Source: Lama guanicoe (lineage: Eukaryota). From it: a stretch of 64,000 bases of DNA. The position numbers and the translations under genes are program-made. Under the pieces are notes generated by a model. That model did no database searches. It was not told where the DNA came from and saw only the letters and a program-made list of their open reading frames with translations. Numbering within the stretch: position 1 is the stretch's first letter; each line of letters begins with the position of its first letter. Positions 12,406 through 25,569 of this stretch are shown piece after piece. The DNA is taken from NCBI GenBank assembly GCA_013239625.1, contig MU053559.1:1054001-1118000 (forward strand). Direction: 5' to 3'.

Positions 12406-14504
12406 CTGTTGTTTGATCTTAGTACTTAGTTCAGTGTTTACCACCTGTCCTTAGGTCAAACACTAATCATTTTGGTTTTCTGAAGCTGGTTCTTTAATAG
12501 ATTCCTTAGAAGGACGTACGAGGACAATATTTCTCGAGTTCTTGCATGTTGATGACATTTTGTCCATGTCTTTTATAGCTGATAGACAGTTTTTCATGGT
12601 GTAAATTCTCGGCTCACAGTTTCGTTCCTTGTGTATCTTAAGTGTTACGCCACTTTATTCTGGCATAAAGGGTTGCTATCAAAGTCTAGCGACTATCTAA
12701 TTTTCTTACCCTCATAAATCACTTGCTCTTTTTTTTCTAGATGCTCCAAAGATCTTTTTCTTTATCTTTAAAGTCCAATAATTTATGAGAATATGACTTG
12801 GGGGTGGTCATTCTGGGTGGATACTTCCAGGTACATGGTATGTTCTTTCAAATGTTTTTTTTTCCCCTTTTATCTCCCACCTGCTCAGAGATACCAACTG
12901 CATACATATTAAGTAGCTTGAGCCCCATTCATTTTTCAATCTTTTTTCTTCTACATTTCAATTTGGATAGTTTCTATCACTATGCCTTCAAAGTCACTAC
13001 TCTTTTCTTCAGAAATGTCTAATCTGCTATTAATTCCATCCATTTATTTTTCATTTCAGATATTGTAGTTTTCATCTCCATAAGTTTTTATTTGAGCCTT
13101 TAAAAAAATCTTCTAATCTAGAAATTTTTTCTGCATAATCTAGGCTTCTGAACATTTGGAATGGGGTTGTAATGATGGTTTTAATGTTCTTCACTATTGA
13201 TGCATAATCTGTGTCATTTCATGGTCAATTTGATCGATTTACTTTGCTCCAAATTCTGTGTCCTATGTTTTCCTGGTTCATTGCATGCCTGGTTATTTTT
13301 CACTGGTTGAAAGACATTGTGGATTTCACCTTGCTTGGAGCTGGATATTTCTATATTCCTATAAATATCGTTAAGCTTTATCCTGGGACACAGTTAATCT
13401 ATCTGGGAATAGTTGGATTTCTTCAGGTCTTGCTTTTAAGCTTTATCAGGCAGGGCCAGAGCAGCATCTAGTCTAGGGCTAATTTTGCCCCCACTACAGG
13501 CCTTCGAAGTAGTCTACCCAATTCCCTGTGAGTTATGAGGTCTTTTACTCTACCTGGAGAGATAAGGAACTATTCACAATCCTTCGTGAACTCCAGGCGT
13601 TATTCCCTCTGACCCTTTCTGGTGGTTCTTTACTCTGCTGAAGACTCAAGCAGGACCCTCTACAGATCTCTGGAGCTCCCTCTATTTCTCTGTATCTCTC
13701 TCCTCTCCAGTGCCCTGTGCACTCTAGTTGCCTTGGTCTCCTTGGACTCCCAGGTCCATCTCCTTAATTCAGGGAGAGTACTGGGCTCCGCTCGAGTTCC
13801 TCTTTCCAGCGCTGTGACTGGAAGCTCTACCCAGGCTGAAGTATTTGTAGGGCTCACTTCATTTGTTTCCCTTCTCAAGGATCACGGCTCCTCACTGCCT
13901 GATGTCCAATGTCTCGAAGACCACTGTTTCATATATTTTATCATTAATTTTGTTGTTTCAGGTGGGAGGGTATATCTCGTCCCTGTTACCCCCACCTTGG
14001 CCAGAAGCAGAAAGAAGTCTGCTGTGCTCTGTCCGTATGCAGTTTTACTTTGTCTTTTACTATTCCAGGAAGTTTTCTGGAGTTACAGTTTTTAGTATTT
14101 GTTTTGTTCCCTTGGTCTGGTTTTCTTTATCAGGGACTTTTATGGTATATGAATTAGATCTTCCTTTTTTTTCCTCTCTCTCTCTCTTTTTTTAAAAATT
14201 GAACTATAGTCAGTTTACAATGTTGTATCAGTTCCTTGAATGGGATCTTCTTTTTCTACCTTCGTCATTTGTCCTCAAATCTTTCTCTTTCTTTTTTCTT
14301 AAGAAACATGTTCCTCCTTTTCGTCTTCTACTTCCCTTAAGCCATCATGTGTTGCGTTTATTTGCTTTGCACGCCTTATAGTTTAGTCTTCTATTCTGAA
14401 ATGACTTTTCCTTTTTTTCCAAATATTCCCTGAGATCTATCAAGTTATTTCTGAAATTTTCTAATACTGATTTATGTTATCCTTTCATTCCCTTGCATCA
14501 TTTT

Positions 14505-14655
14505 CTTTTTTTCTTTGGGAAGGGGGAAGAGGTAATTATGGTTTTTTTTAATAATTAATTAATTCATTTGTTTATCTAATGGAGGTACTGGGGATTGAAC
14601 CCAGGACCTTGTGCATGCTAAGCACGTGCTCCACCACTGAGCTATATCCTCTCCT
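14505..14655 (-). mobile_element. tRNA-derived SINE (Vic-1-like)
   Basis: ggaggtactggggattgaacccaggacc...ccactgagctata. Confidence 0.85.
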
Positions 14656-15009
14656 CAACCATTTTCTTAATGTCTTTTAGCTTGTTCAAAATAGCTGGCT
14701 GTAGTGTTGATCTCTTCTGTGAGCATGTTTCTGGCATGTTTTCATTGTCTCTAAGGTTGGTATCCTACCCCTCGTTCTTTTATTCTTACAGCAACACTGT
14801 ATGGGACTTGCCTTCTGTACATTTTGGTTGCTCTTTATATGAAAATAGTTGTCCTTAACTTTTGGAAGTGGGTGGGGTTCAGGGTAGTTTCTCAAGTGTC
14901 AGAGCTCCCTCTTCTGTTGTTTTTGCATAGTGCTAAAGATTATGACAACTTGTTTCTGAGATTTCTTGACTCTATTCCCCCACTTTGAACTGGACATCCT
15001 CTTTCCTTA

Positions 15010-16000
15010 CTGAGGTAGGCTGAATAATAGCTCCCTGAAAGAAACCCATGTCCTAATCCCTGAAACCTGTGAATGTTACCATATGGCAAAAAAAAAAACG
15101 GACTTAAATTTTTTTTGTTTTATTGTTTCTTTGTTTTGAGGGGAGGTAATTAGATTTGTTTGTTTAATGGAGGTACTGGGGATTGAACCCAGGACCTCGT
15201 GCATGCTATGCATGCGTTCTATCAAAGGGCTATAACTTCCCCCCAAAAAAGGACTTCTGAGATGAGATGACCCTGGATTATCCAGGTGGGCCCTAACTTC
15301 AATGACAAGTGTCTTTATAAAAGGGAGGCAAAGGGGGAATCACACAAATTGAAGAGGAGAAGAAAATATGACTATGGAGGCAGACATTGGAGAGATGTGG
15401 CCACAAGCCAAGGAATGCCAGCAGCCAACAGAAGCTGGAAGAGGCAAGGGATGGATTCTTCCTTCAAGCTCCCAGAGGGAGCATGGCCCTGCCAACACCT
15501 TGATCTTGCCCTAGTGATACTGATTTGGGACTTCTGGCCTCCAAAACTGTGAGAGAATACATTTCTGTTGTTTTAAGCCACTAAGTTTGTGGCAATTTGT
15601 TCCAGCCGCAATAGGAAACGAACACAGAGTTTGGTATCGGAAGTGGGGTGTTGCTGTAACAAACAGCTAAAAATGTGGGCATGGCTCTGGAATAGGGTAG
15701 CTGGGTAATATGTAGAGGCTGGAAGAATGTTAAGGAGCACAACAGAAAAAAGCCTAGTTTGCCTAAAATAGACTGTTGGTAGAAATACTGATGCTGAAGG
15801 CACTGCTGGTGAGGGCTCAGAAGAAGTGAGGAATGCTAGGAATCTCTGGATGGAGCAGGACCCTGCTGAAACCTTCACTTTGGCCCAGTGATGCTGATTT
15901 CAGACTATTTGCCTCCAAACCTGTGAGAGAATAAATTACTGTTGATTTAAACCACCCAGGTCCAGGTAATTTGTTACAGCAGCCACAGGAAATGAAAAAA
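15010..16000 (+). mobile_element. MaLR (MLT1-like) LTR, short internal segment and second LTR end; SINE inserted at ~15110-15243 (-)
   Basis: gtcctaatccctgaaacctgtgaatgttacc; gccacaagccaaggaatgcc; cttctggcctccaaaactgtgagagaat. Confidence 0.8.
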
Positions 16001-16104
16001 TGCAGTTATTTTTCTAGTATCCTAACCTGCTCAGTTTTGATTTTACCCCAGAGGTTTCTCCTCGGCACAGATCCCTGTCTTAGAAGAAAGCCCTTGTGGA
16101 TCAG

Positions 16105-16671
16105 TGTACAATAAAGGATTAACTCAGCAGGTCTGGGTTGGCCAAACCTTGCAAATTCTAAAGAAAGGTTTGGCCCTTGCCCAGCTCCTGGTAGACAGCT
16201 CTAAGCCCTTGGAATGTCCTGCCTGTTAAGAATATCTTCATTTACCTGAGTCCATGAGCCATGCCATATAGTTTATTCTAAAACTGTAATTGATGGTGGA
16301 GGTCTTGGACCATCCAGAATCAGCTTGAACTTTGGAGGGACCGGGCAGCTAAGGTCAGCTATGCCTATGTGACTGGCTCCAAAGAAAAACTCTGACACCA
16401 AGGCTTAGGTGAGCATCTCTGGTTGGCAACACTTCTGTGTGTTACCCCACGTCTTGTTTGGAGAACTAAGCACTGGACAGATGGCTCTCCTGGGAGAGGA
16501 GAATTGGAAGCTTGCTCCTGGTCTTTCCTGGACTCTGCCCTATTTGCTGATTTAAATCTATCCTTTTGTTGTAATAAACTATAACAATGAGTGTAACAGC
16601 TTTGTTAAGTTCCCTGAGTTCTCCTGGTGAATCACTGAACCTGTGGGTGGTCTTGGGGTCCCCTAAGTACA
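16105..16671 (+). mobile_element. Solo ERVL LTR (MER77/MER21C-like)
   Basis: TGTACA...GTACA ends, near-TSD ATCAG/GTCAG, AATAAA at ~16573 and gtggtcttggggtcccc end motif. Confidence 0.75.
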
Positions 16672-17228
16672 GTCAGTCTGAAGAGTTCTTAGGAATTAGG
16701 CTGCTACAACCCCTTCAGACCTTACTGCAGACCCCTTACACTCACTTGTTACTGGATGGAGCAAAACAGCTCTCAGTTTCAGCTGCGGAATTCAAATTGG
16801 CCTGCCATCCCTGTTGACTGTTTTGGCACTCTCCTGTTCTCGGATCTGACAAATGCCCCTTACTTCCCTCTGCTTTTTCCTACACCGATAACTATACCAT
16901 GCAGTTCTGGTGGCTGTTGGTGACTTGTCCTCATCCACATGTAATTTGTGTTTCACGGGTAGTTTGGCTGTCTATGGTTGTGTAAATAAACCACACCAAA
17001 ACTTAGGGGTTTAAAATAATAACCGTTTCATTGCTTACCTTTGGGTGAAAAACTTGGGCAGAGCTCAGTGAGAATGACTCTGTTTCTTCCCCCATATGAT
17101 GTCTGAGGCAGCTGGGACGGGGTTGGAGGATCCAAGATGCTTTTATCACACGACTGGAACCTTAGTCTTAGTTGTCAGTTGGGGCCTCAGTTCTCAAGCC
17201 CATGGCCTCTTTTTTAAAATGGTGTCTC

Positions 17229-17631
17229 CTTGTCATACTAAGTAAAGTAAGCCAGAAAGAGAAAGAAAAGTGCCATATGATATCACTTACCTGTGGAATC
17301 TAAAAAAAGGACACAAGTGAACTTATTTACAAAACAGAAGCAGACTCACAGACATAGAAAACAAATTTATGGTTACCAGAGGGGGAAAGGGGGTGGGGAG
17401 GGATAAATTGGGAGTTCAGGATTTGTAGATGCTAACTGCTATATATAAAATAGATAAACAACAAGGTCCTACTGTATGGCACAGGGAACTATACTCAATA
17501 GCTTGTAGTAACCTACAATGAAAAAGAACATGAAAAGGAATATATGTGTATGTATCACTGAATCATTATGCTGTACACCAGAAATTAACACAACACTGTA
17601 AATTGACTATACTTCATAAAAATAAATAGAT
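17229..17631 (+). mobile_element. L1 3' end inserted into an MLT1-like element (~16970-17900)
   Basis: TSD AAATGGT(G/A)TCTC at 17217-17228 and 17632-17643. Confidence 0.85.
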
Positions 17632-18188
17632 AAATGGTATCTCAGAGCTTCAGTCTTCAGAAGGACAGAAGAACACTTTCGTAGGGGGTCTAGGTTCCTC
17701 TCTCACTAAAGCAGAAGCTCAAGGCCTCTTAAGGCCTGGGCTCAGAGGCCCCAGAATGCCATTTCTACTGTGTTTTATTGGTGAAACAGAACGTAAGGTC
17801 AGCCCAGACACAGAAAGTGAAAAAATACACTCCACACCTGATGGGAGGAGTGGCAAGCACTAACGAGGACGGAAATATTGTTGGCAATTACATCTGCAGA
17901 AGATCTTACTATACTGGGGACACTGTGGTCTCTAGTTTCATTGTGAGTGTTGCCCATGCATTTTGATTTTGCTGTTTGGTTGCTCTGTCTCTTTGTATGT
18001 TGGCATGAAGAGAGATATAAAACCTGTTCTGCTCTCACCATGTTACCAGCATCCATTCTAATTTTTAAAAAGTTATCTCAGCAAAGAAGAGAAATTTGGG
18101 GCAAGGGTAGAATGAAGAAGTGAAAATATTCTAGATGGCTCATATTCCTGAGAGATTGAGAGTAAAGGCAAATAATGTATCTCTCTGT

Positions 18189-18190
<2 letters not shown>

Positions 18191-18226
<36 letters not shown>

Positions 18227-18235
18227 TGTGTGTGT
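18191..18235. repeat. (TG)n microsatellite
   Basis: Direct observation. Confidence 0.95.
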
Positions 18236-18406
18236 TTAATTGACCAATAGAGAAAATCTGAATCATGTTTGTAAGTAATGGAAAGATAATCACCAGCAGA
18301 ATTGATAAGCAGAGTTAACCTTCCAAATTACTAAGAGAGGGAGAAGGAGAATGAACAGGAACTTAATAGGGACAGCAAACGTAAAGAAACTGAAAAAGAG
18401 TAACAA

Positions 18407-18910
18407 GGTGTACCGTGATGGGATTCAGGATAGAGAAAAACAGGATACTGGCCCTAGGGAGTGGAGATGCATATCTAAGGAATAATTTCAATAAGCCACA
18501 GACTCTTGCAACTTCACATATATAGAAAAGCAGTAAAATCATGAACTTGATTTATTTTTTAAAAAAATTTTTTTGGGGGGGTGATTAGGTTTATTTATTT
18601 ATTTTTAAGGAAGGTACAGAGGATTCAACCCAGAACTTCATGCATGCTAAGTATGCACTCGACCACTGAGCTATACCCTCCCCTCTTAAAGTCATTAACT
18701 TGAGATGTTTGGTTTTTGTGATTAGCAGTATTCCTTTGATGTTGATTACAATTTTTTTTTTTTGCAAAAACTCCCGTATATCCTGTCCCCTCCCTTACCT
18801 TTTTGGAGCAGTTCCGCAGAGCTGTCTAAGAGGCCTCTCCCGGGCCTGAAGTCCTCAGAATGTCTGCCAAATAAAACATAATTCTCAAAAAAAAAAACCC
18901 AAAACAAAAC
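18407..18910 (+). mobile_element. ERV LTR-derived insertion ending in a polyA tail, with a nested SINE at ~18552-18686 (-)
   Basis: TG start, AATAAA then A11, and TSD AGAGTAACAA. The SINE is flanked by a duplicated aa(a/g)tcat(g/t)aacttga. Confidence 0.7.
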
Positions 18911-19548
18911 AGAGTAACAACAAAATACAAAAAGAGAAACAGTCCGTTGGAAGGCACAAAATCAGGCGTATCGTTAACAAATGAAATCGACTGGGTTCTC
19001 CTATATGAGACTGAAATTGGGTTAAAAAACAAGAGTTATGTGTTGCTTCCTAAAAGCACATTTAAAATAAAGAGGCAAAACTAAACACCATGTAAGGATA
19101 CATCAGGTAAATGCAAGCAGAATAAAAGTAGGTCTCATGATATAATTATCAAGTTAAAGTCCAAGGCCAAAAGCATTCAATAGATTAAGAAAAAAAGAGA
19201 GAGATTATGTAATATAAAGTTTATATTAGATGAAGATATAATATGTGTAAATATTTATACAAATACAAACAATACCAGCAAAAATTCATAGAAACGGAAC
19301 AAAACTTTAAAATCATAATATATAATGGGAGAGTATACCTCTTTCAGAGTATGATAAATCAAGCTAAACAAAAGCAATTAAAGGTTAAAAAGACATGAAA
19401 ATTATAATCAATAAGCTACCTTTAAAAGATACAAAAAGAACTTTGTATCTTACAAACAGACTATGTAATCTCTACTCCTATGTCCTTGCAACATTAAAAA
19501 AAAACCATTCAATTATCTAACTTTGCCTCAGAGAAATGATTGATACAC

Positions 19549-19799
19549 CTTTTTTAACATTTTTTATTGATTTATAATCATTTTACAATGTTGTGTCAAA
19601 TTCCAGTGTTCAGCACAATTTTTCAGTCATTCATGGACATATACAAACTCATTGTCACATTTTTTTCTCTGTGAGTTATCATAACATTTTGTGTATATTT
19701 CCCTGTGCTATACAGTGTAATCTTGTTTATCTATTCTACAATTTTGAAATCCCAGTCTATCCCTTCCCATCCTCCACCCCCCTGGTAACCACAAGTCTG
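19549..19799 (-). mobile_element. Young L1 3' end (same family as 3193-3797)
   Basis: Near-identical to the reverse complement of ~3545-3797; TSD TGATTGATACAC at 19537-19548 and 19800-19811. Confidence 0.92.
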
Positions 19800-20689
19800 T
19801 GATTGATACACTTTTAAAAGCAGGGCTTTGGCAGATCACATTCTCGGATAAGGTCCAACAAAAACAAAAACAAATTAAAATATTACCAAAATACCTTAAC
19901 CAGTTGGAAATTAAGAAACATTTTTCAAAATAAATTAGAACTAAGTGGGTCTATAGAGTCCAGACCATAGAGAAAGATAAAATTTTCCCAATTTATTTTT
20001 TAAAAGAATAACCTTAATACCCAAACTAAAATATATTGCAAAAAAAAAGATAACTAGAGACAATCTTTCATGAAAATAGCTGAAATTTTCTAAATAAAAT
20101 ATCAGCATATCAAATAAATCCAGATATATCTTGAGAAAAAAACACACCATAACATTAAGATGATTCCAGGAATGTTAGTGTGATTTAATATTTATAAATC
20201 AGTCAACATACTTCATTACACCAATACTTTAGAAAAGCCACATAATTAGTATTAAAAAGTATATGATACAATCCAGTAGCCATTATATTAATAATAAAAA
20301 CTCAAAATAGCAATAGAATGAAACTACTTTAAATTGAGAAAACCATTTTCCAAAAATTGCCAGAAAGCTTTAAATTATTGGTAAAATATTTAAAATAATT
20401 TGCATTATAATTGGCAACATGATAGGGGTACTCTTTATCACATCTCAACGTTTTTTTTTTCAACATTATTTTGTTTGGGTAGACTGCCCTAGGAGAACAT
20501 TCTTGAGATGTATGTCAGGTAATATTTTGCCTATATTTTCTTCTAAGAGGTTTATTGTATCTTGTCTTATGTTTAAGTCTTTGATCCATTTTGAGTTTAT
20601 TTTTGTGTATGGTGTAAGGGAGTCAACATTATTTTGAAGGTCCTATCTCAACATCAAAGTCTGATATAACTTTTCACAATGATGAAGTA

Positions 20690-20853
20690 TTCTATAAATA
20701 TGCTGTCTAATATAGTAGCCACGAGCCATATGTTGCCATGAGCACTTGAAATGTGGCTACGTGACTAAGAAACTGAATTTTAAATTTTATTTAGCTCCAG
20801 TAAATTCAAATTTAAATAGCCACATAAGCTCAGTGGCTACCAGAGTGGACAGC
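20690..20853. mobile_element. MER3-like hAT MITE
   Basis: gctgtctaatatagtagccac...gagcacttgaaatgtggcta...gtggctaccagagtggacagc. Confidence 0.75.
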
Positions 20854-21170
20854 TAATTCAGTGAAAAAAGAAGAAATAATCATATCAAATATCAGATAAA
20901 AGAGAACATTATCTAAATCTGATATGATTGTACAATTAGAAAACCTAAGACACTATACTAAGAAGTTACCTGAATTGTTGTTGAGGTATTTTTGATAAAG
21001 GGCTGAATATGAGGTAAAATTATAAAAATAAGTATTTCCTTTCTATACTAGCAGTTAGTAGATAGGATTAGCAAAAAGAAGTCTTAACAATGACAACAAA
21101 AATATTATAAATACCCAAGAGTAAATTTGATCAAAAGATGATGGACTTATAAGAAGAAAACTATATTGAT

Positions 21171-21315
21171 GGGGAGGGTATAGCTCAAGTGGTCGAGTGC
21201 ACACTTAGCATACACAAGGTCCTAGGTTCAATCCCCAGTACCTCCTCTAAAAATAAATACATAAGTAAGCCTAATTACCTCCCCCCCCAAAAATAAAAAT
21301 TAAAAAAATGTTAAA
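21171..21315 (+). mobile_element. Full tRNA-derived SINE (Vic-1-like)
   Basis: ggggagggtatagctcaagtgg...ggttcaatccccagtacctcc; 15-bp TSD AAGAAGAAAACTATA at 21151-21165 and 21316-21330. Confidence 0.9.
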
Positions 21316-21728
21316 AAGAAGAAAACTATAAATTATTATTGCATCATATAAGACAAGACATAATCAAATAGAGACATATCAAATCCTTAGATATAAAAGT
21401 TTATTATAATAAAAAGCATTAACTCTTCCCAAATTATTCTATGAATATAATACAGTTCCAATCAGAATTACAATAATTTTGTTTTGTTGAGGGTTTTGGG
21501 GGGGCGGGGGTAGCATTCATTTTGAAACTTGATGAAATGATTTTAAACTTCAGAAAGTTCCCAGAAAAATAAATCTGCAAGAACAGAAATTCTTTGAAGT
21601 CAAATAGATTACAGAGACACAACTGAGTACAGATCAAGCTAAATATATTTGTGACCTTATATGATAGAAATGACATTTAATTCAGTGGTTATAGGGCATT
21701 ATGTTCCATAGATGGTGCTAGCTGATAA

Positions 21729-23065
21729 TGTTGAATTATACCTGAGCCCTGTGATCCTGGTAAATAGTGAAGGTTAAGAAATTCCTTTATGAACTCTACT
21801 ACACTGCTGGTGGGAATGTAGTTTGGTGCAGCCACTATGGAAAACAGTATGGAGATTCCTTAAAAAACTAAAAATAGACTTACCCTATGATTCAGCAATC
21901 CCACTCCTGGGCATATATCCAGAGGGAACTCTAATTCAAAAAGATACATGCACCCCAATGTTCACAGCAGCACTATATACAATAGCCAAGACATGGAAGC
22001 AACCTAAACAGATGACTGGATAAAGAAGTGGTGGTATATTTATACAATGGAATACTACTCAGCTATAAAAAGGAATAAAACATGCCATTTATAGCAGTAT
22101 CGATGGACCTAGAGATTGCCATACTAAGTGAAGTAAGCCAGAAAGAGAAAGAAAAATACCATTTGATAACACTTATATGTGGAATCTTAAAAAATGACAA
22201 AAATAAACTTACCTACAAAACAGAAAGAGACTCACAAACATAGAAAACAAACCTATGGTTACCAAAGGGGAAAGAGCGGGTAGGGATAAATTAGGAGTTT
22301 GGGATTAGCAGATACAAACTACTATATACAAAACAGATAAACAACAAGGTCCTACTGTATAGCACAAGGAACTATATTCAATAACTTGTAATAGCCTATA
22401 ATGAAAAAGAATATGAAAAATAATATATATGTATATGTGAATATATATATAACTGAATCACTATGCTGTACACCAGAAACCAACACAACATTGTAAATCA
22501 ACTATACTTCGATTAAAAAAAAAAGCGAGAAATCTCCTTACTCTTTAGTGTTCTGAAAAACAACTTACTGCAAAGAATCTCCCTTGCCTAGATGACTTTG
22601 GACTCATGGATACCCCTTGTTTACCTGGATACAGACCCTCCAAATTCCCATTGTTTGCCTCATAAACACTGATTAATCCTAGCAAAATACTTGTTAGCCA
22701 AACTTGAGTCAGGTTTCTCTCTTTCCTACAGTTTCCTGAACTCTGCTTGCCCCCAAGCCTGAGCAAGCACCAAAAAACGTGGAACATGCCCCTCTTCTCA
22801 GCTTCTCCTGGGAATCGGCTGACCACAGTGGGTACTTTCCTGTCAGACCCCGCTGGTCATTCCCCTGTTTGTCCAGCTTCTCCTCCGCAGATTCTGCTTT
22901 TCTTGGCTTGCCTCGACCTAACCCTACCTATAAAAGAAAAGCCTTTTTCTGTTTGGTTTTGAAATGCTTGCAGATTTCTGAGTTGGGAGTTTTCTCCCTA
23001 CTGCAAGAGTCTTTCTTTCTAATTAGTCCTGCCCTATCAAAGTCTGGGTTTGTTTTTATTTGACA
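21729..23065 (+). mobile_element. ERV1-like LTR (MER34/39-like) split by an L1 3' end (~21792-22524)
   Basis: TG...TGACA ends and TATAAAA at ~22929. The inserted L1 has the ORF2 end ([22 protein letters not shown]) and an A-tail. Confidence 0.7.
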
Positions 23066-24092
23066 CAGTCACAACAAAGCTTGACCTCGATCTCATAACA
23101 TACACCAGAGTAAATTTCAGCTAGATTAAAGATTTAAGTAGAAAATTTTAAACAATAAAAGTGAAATAAATGTTAAGACTATCTTTTTAGGACTACCTGG
23201 AATGGAAAGAGGGACCATGCAAGACAGGAAATACAGAAGCCAGAAAAGAAAGCTTATTTTTGATGAAATAATACATTTTTCTAATTATACATCAAAGGAC
23301 ATGTATAAAAGGCAAAGGGCGAAAAGAGTTAGGGGGAGAATACTGCAAAGCAATTAACAAAGGGTTAATAGCTCTAATGGACAAAGAGCTCCTACAAATT
23401 GATAAGAAAAAGACAAATCACTCTAAAGAAAGTTGGACAAAGGATATGAAGTTTTGTGGAGGAGAAAATCTAAATAGTCAACAAACAGAAAAATTTCCTC
23501 AGTTGCACAAGTGGTCAGGAAAATGCAAATTAAAGTGGTTAAACTAGCCCTCAGACTGGCAAAAATCTGAGCATCAGCATTCAGTGCTAGAGGAGATTTG
23601 CATTGATGAACTTACATTTTGCTGGTGGGAGTAGGAAATATTACAGTCTTTTGGGTTAGTGATTTGGCTGTATCCATTCAAAAACATAATATCCTTACTT
23701 GTATTTAATAATAAGGCTTCAAAATATAGGAAGCAAAAATTGACTGGTGGAAAGAAAACCTGACTTATCAATACAGTGGGAGATCTGGTCTCTCAGTAAC
23801 TCAAGGAACAAACAGAAGAAAATCATCAGGAAGGACACACATTTTAAACAGCCCAACTAATAAGCTTGAACCAATAAACAAATAGGCTAAACCCAACAAC
23901 TGGAAAATACAGAGTCTTTTCAATCAAGAGATGAAACATTTTCGAAAACTGGGTCGATACTTGAGCCTTAAGGCAAGTTTCAACAAATTTCAAAGACAGC
24001 ATTATTCAGACAACGTTCTCCAACCACAATGCAATTAGGTTAGAAATCACTAACATTAGGATTAATTTTGTGTTTGAGGAAATGAAAACCGG

Positions 24093-24413
24093 TGTCAAGA
24101 ACTGTACAATTTTCTACACTCCCTGTAAATTCCTCCTTTAATCATTAATTCTGAGAACAGGATACAAATGAATGATGTGCTAAATCGAAAATTGCTCCTT
24201 TCGGCAGCTTTCCAACACCTGCGGGCCAACGCCCACCAAACGTGCACCTGGCACTGAGCTGCTTTTGTTTCCTTCTCTAAAATTCCCCTCCCACATAAAA
24301 TTTTCCGTGCTCCAGGAGACACTGCCCTGGGCGGTTCTCCTCGTGGCAGCATCCTGAATAAAGTGCCTATTCCCTTGCTCTTTGAGTCTCGAAGAATTTT
24401 TGCAAGTTCGACA
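24093..24413 (+). mobile_element. Solo LTR (ERV1-type, 4-bp TSD) just upstream of the CpG island
   Basis: TGTCAAGAAC...GTTCGACA inverted ends; TSD CCGG/CTGG; AATAAA at ~24357. Confidence 0.7.
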
Positions 24414-24659
24414 CTGGACTTGTAAATAATTCTTGAGTCAAAAGGGGGGAAATATTACAAAATGAGCACTTGAGACTGAACACTAAGGAAAATCAAACAA
24501 ACCAAAACTTGGAACTTTAAAAGAGAACTTTAGCCTCCATGCTTCTATAGGAAAACCGGGAGGGCTGATTACTGGATTTAAAAAAAAAAAAGGGGGGATG
24601 AAATGTCCCACCACTGAGGTCACAAGCCCCTCCATGGCTCCCTCCACGGATACTTAAGT

Positions 24660-25550
24660 TTCTGGCGCTCAGTCACCTCAGCTCCCCGCGCCCAGAGAGG
24701 TTAAACTCTCGCTGCGGGCGACTTCCGCTTCCTGGCCTAAATCTGACACGTCCCATTCCCCAAGTGGCAACTACCCAGGGTCGGTGACAGCCGAGGAGCC
24801 GGGCGATGCCCTCAGCCGACCGGTGGACAGAGGCGCCGGCAGGTGGGCACGTAGCGGCGCCCCGGGCTCTGGCTCCGCGAGGCGCCCGCGCCGATCAGGG
24901 GGCCTTTCCGCACCCGGGAGAAGTGGAGCCGCGGCAGGGGCCCGGGGCAGGGGCGGGCCAGCGTCTGGGCCCCAGGCTTGGAGGAGGCTTTCTAGCTAGG
25001 ATGCGGGGAGCGGGGGGGACAGGGGTGGGGGCCGGCGACGCGCGAAGATGCCGCGTCTCCCCGGGGCTGGAGCCTGAGGGCGGGGCCCCAGAGCGCCGAG
25101 GAGCCCCGGCGCCCGGCCTGCGCCTCGGGGTGGCGGTGGAGGATGCGGCGCCGGCGGGAGGCGGCCGGGAGCCGCAGCCGGCTCTGCTGGGCCGGGTTCG
25201 CACCTGGGCGGCCCCAGCGGGGAAGCTCGGGCAGCGGACCTCCAGCTCTGCCGCCTCAGAGCTGCCCACCCTCCCAAGATGGCGACTCCCGGAGAGACAC
25301 TCCCAAGGGAACAGCCATGTTCGTGGCCTGACAAAGTCACTAAAGAAAATTTGAAAGCCCGCCTCTTCTCCGACACACCCAGACACGCGCCCGCACTGAC
25401 ACTTCGCGACGGACGGCCGCTGCCACGCCGGCACTGAGCATGTGCAGTGCGAGGTCCAGGAACGCGAGCGTCCAGCAGAGGCAGTTTCCACACTTAGGGC
25501 TCCGGGACTGAGTTTAACGGAGGCGGCGATTTAGGGCCAGCGAAGCATTG
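24660..25550. promoter_or_regulatory. CpG island, probable ZNF41 promoter and non-coding first exon(s)
   Basis: The only strongly GC- and CpG-rich island in the window. Tandem ETS-like ACTTCCGCTTCC (~24721), GC boxes (GGGGCGGG), YY1-like CAAGATGGCG (~25275) and candidate donor GGCAG|GTGGGC at 24842. Confidence 0.85.
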
Positions 25551-25569
25551 ACATAATTATGGGGGTATT

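Noticed and set aside
24784..25493. Several 70-200-aa ORFs on both strands
   Set aside because: Stop-poor GC-rich CpG island; low-complexity G/A/P/R peptides with no domain
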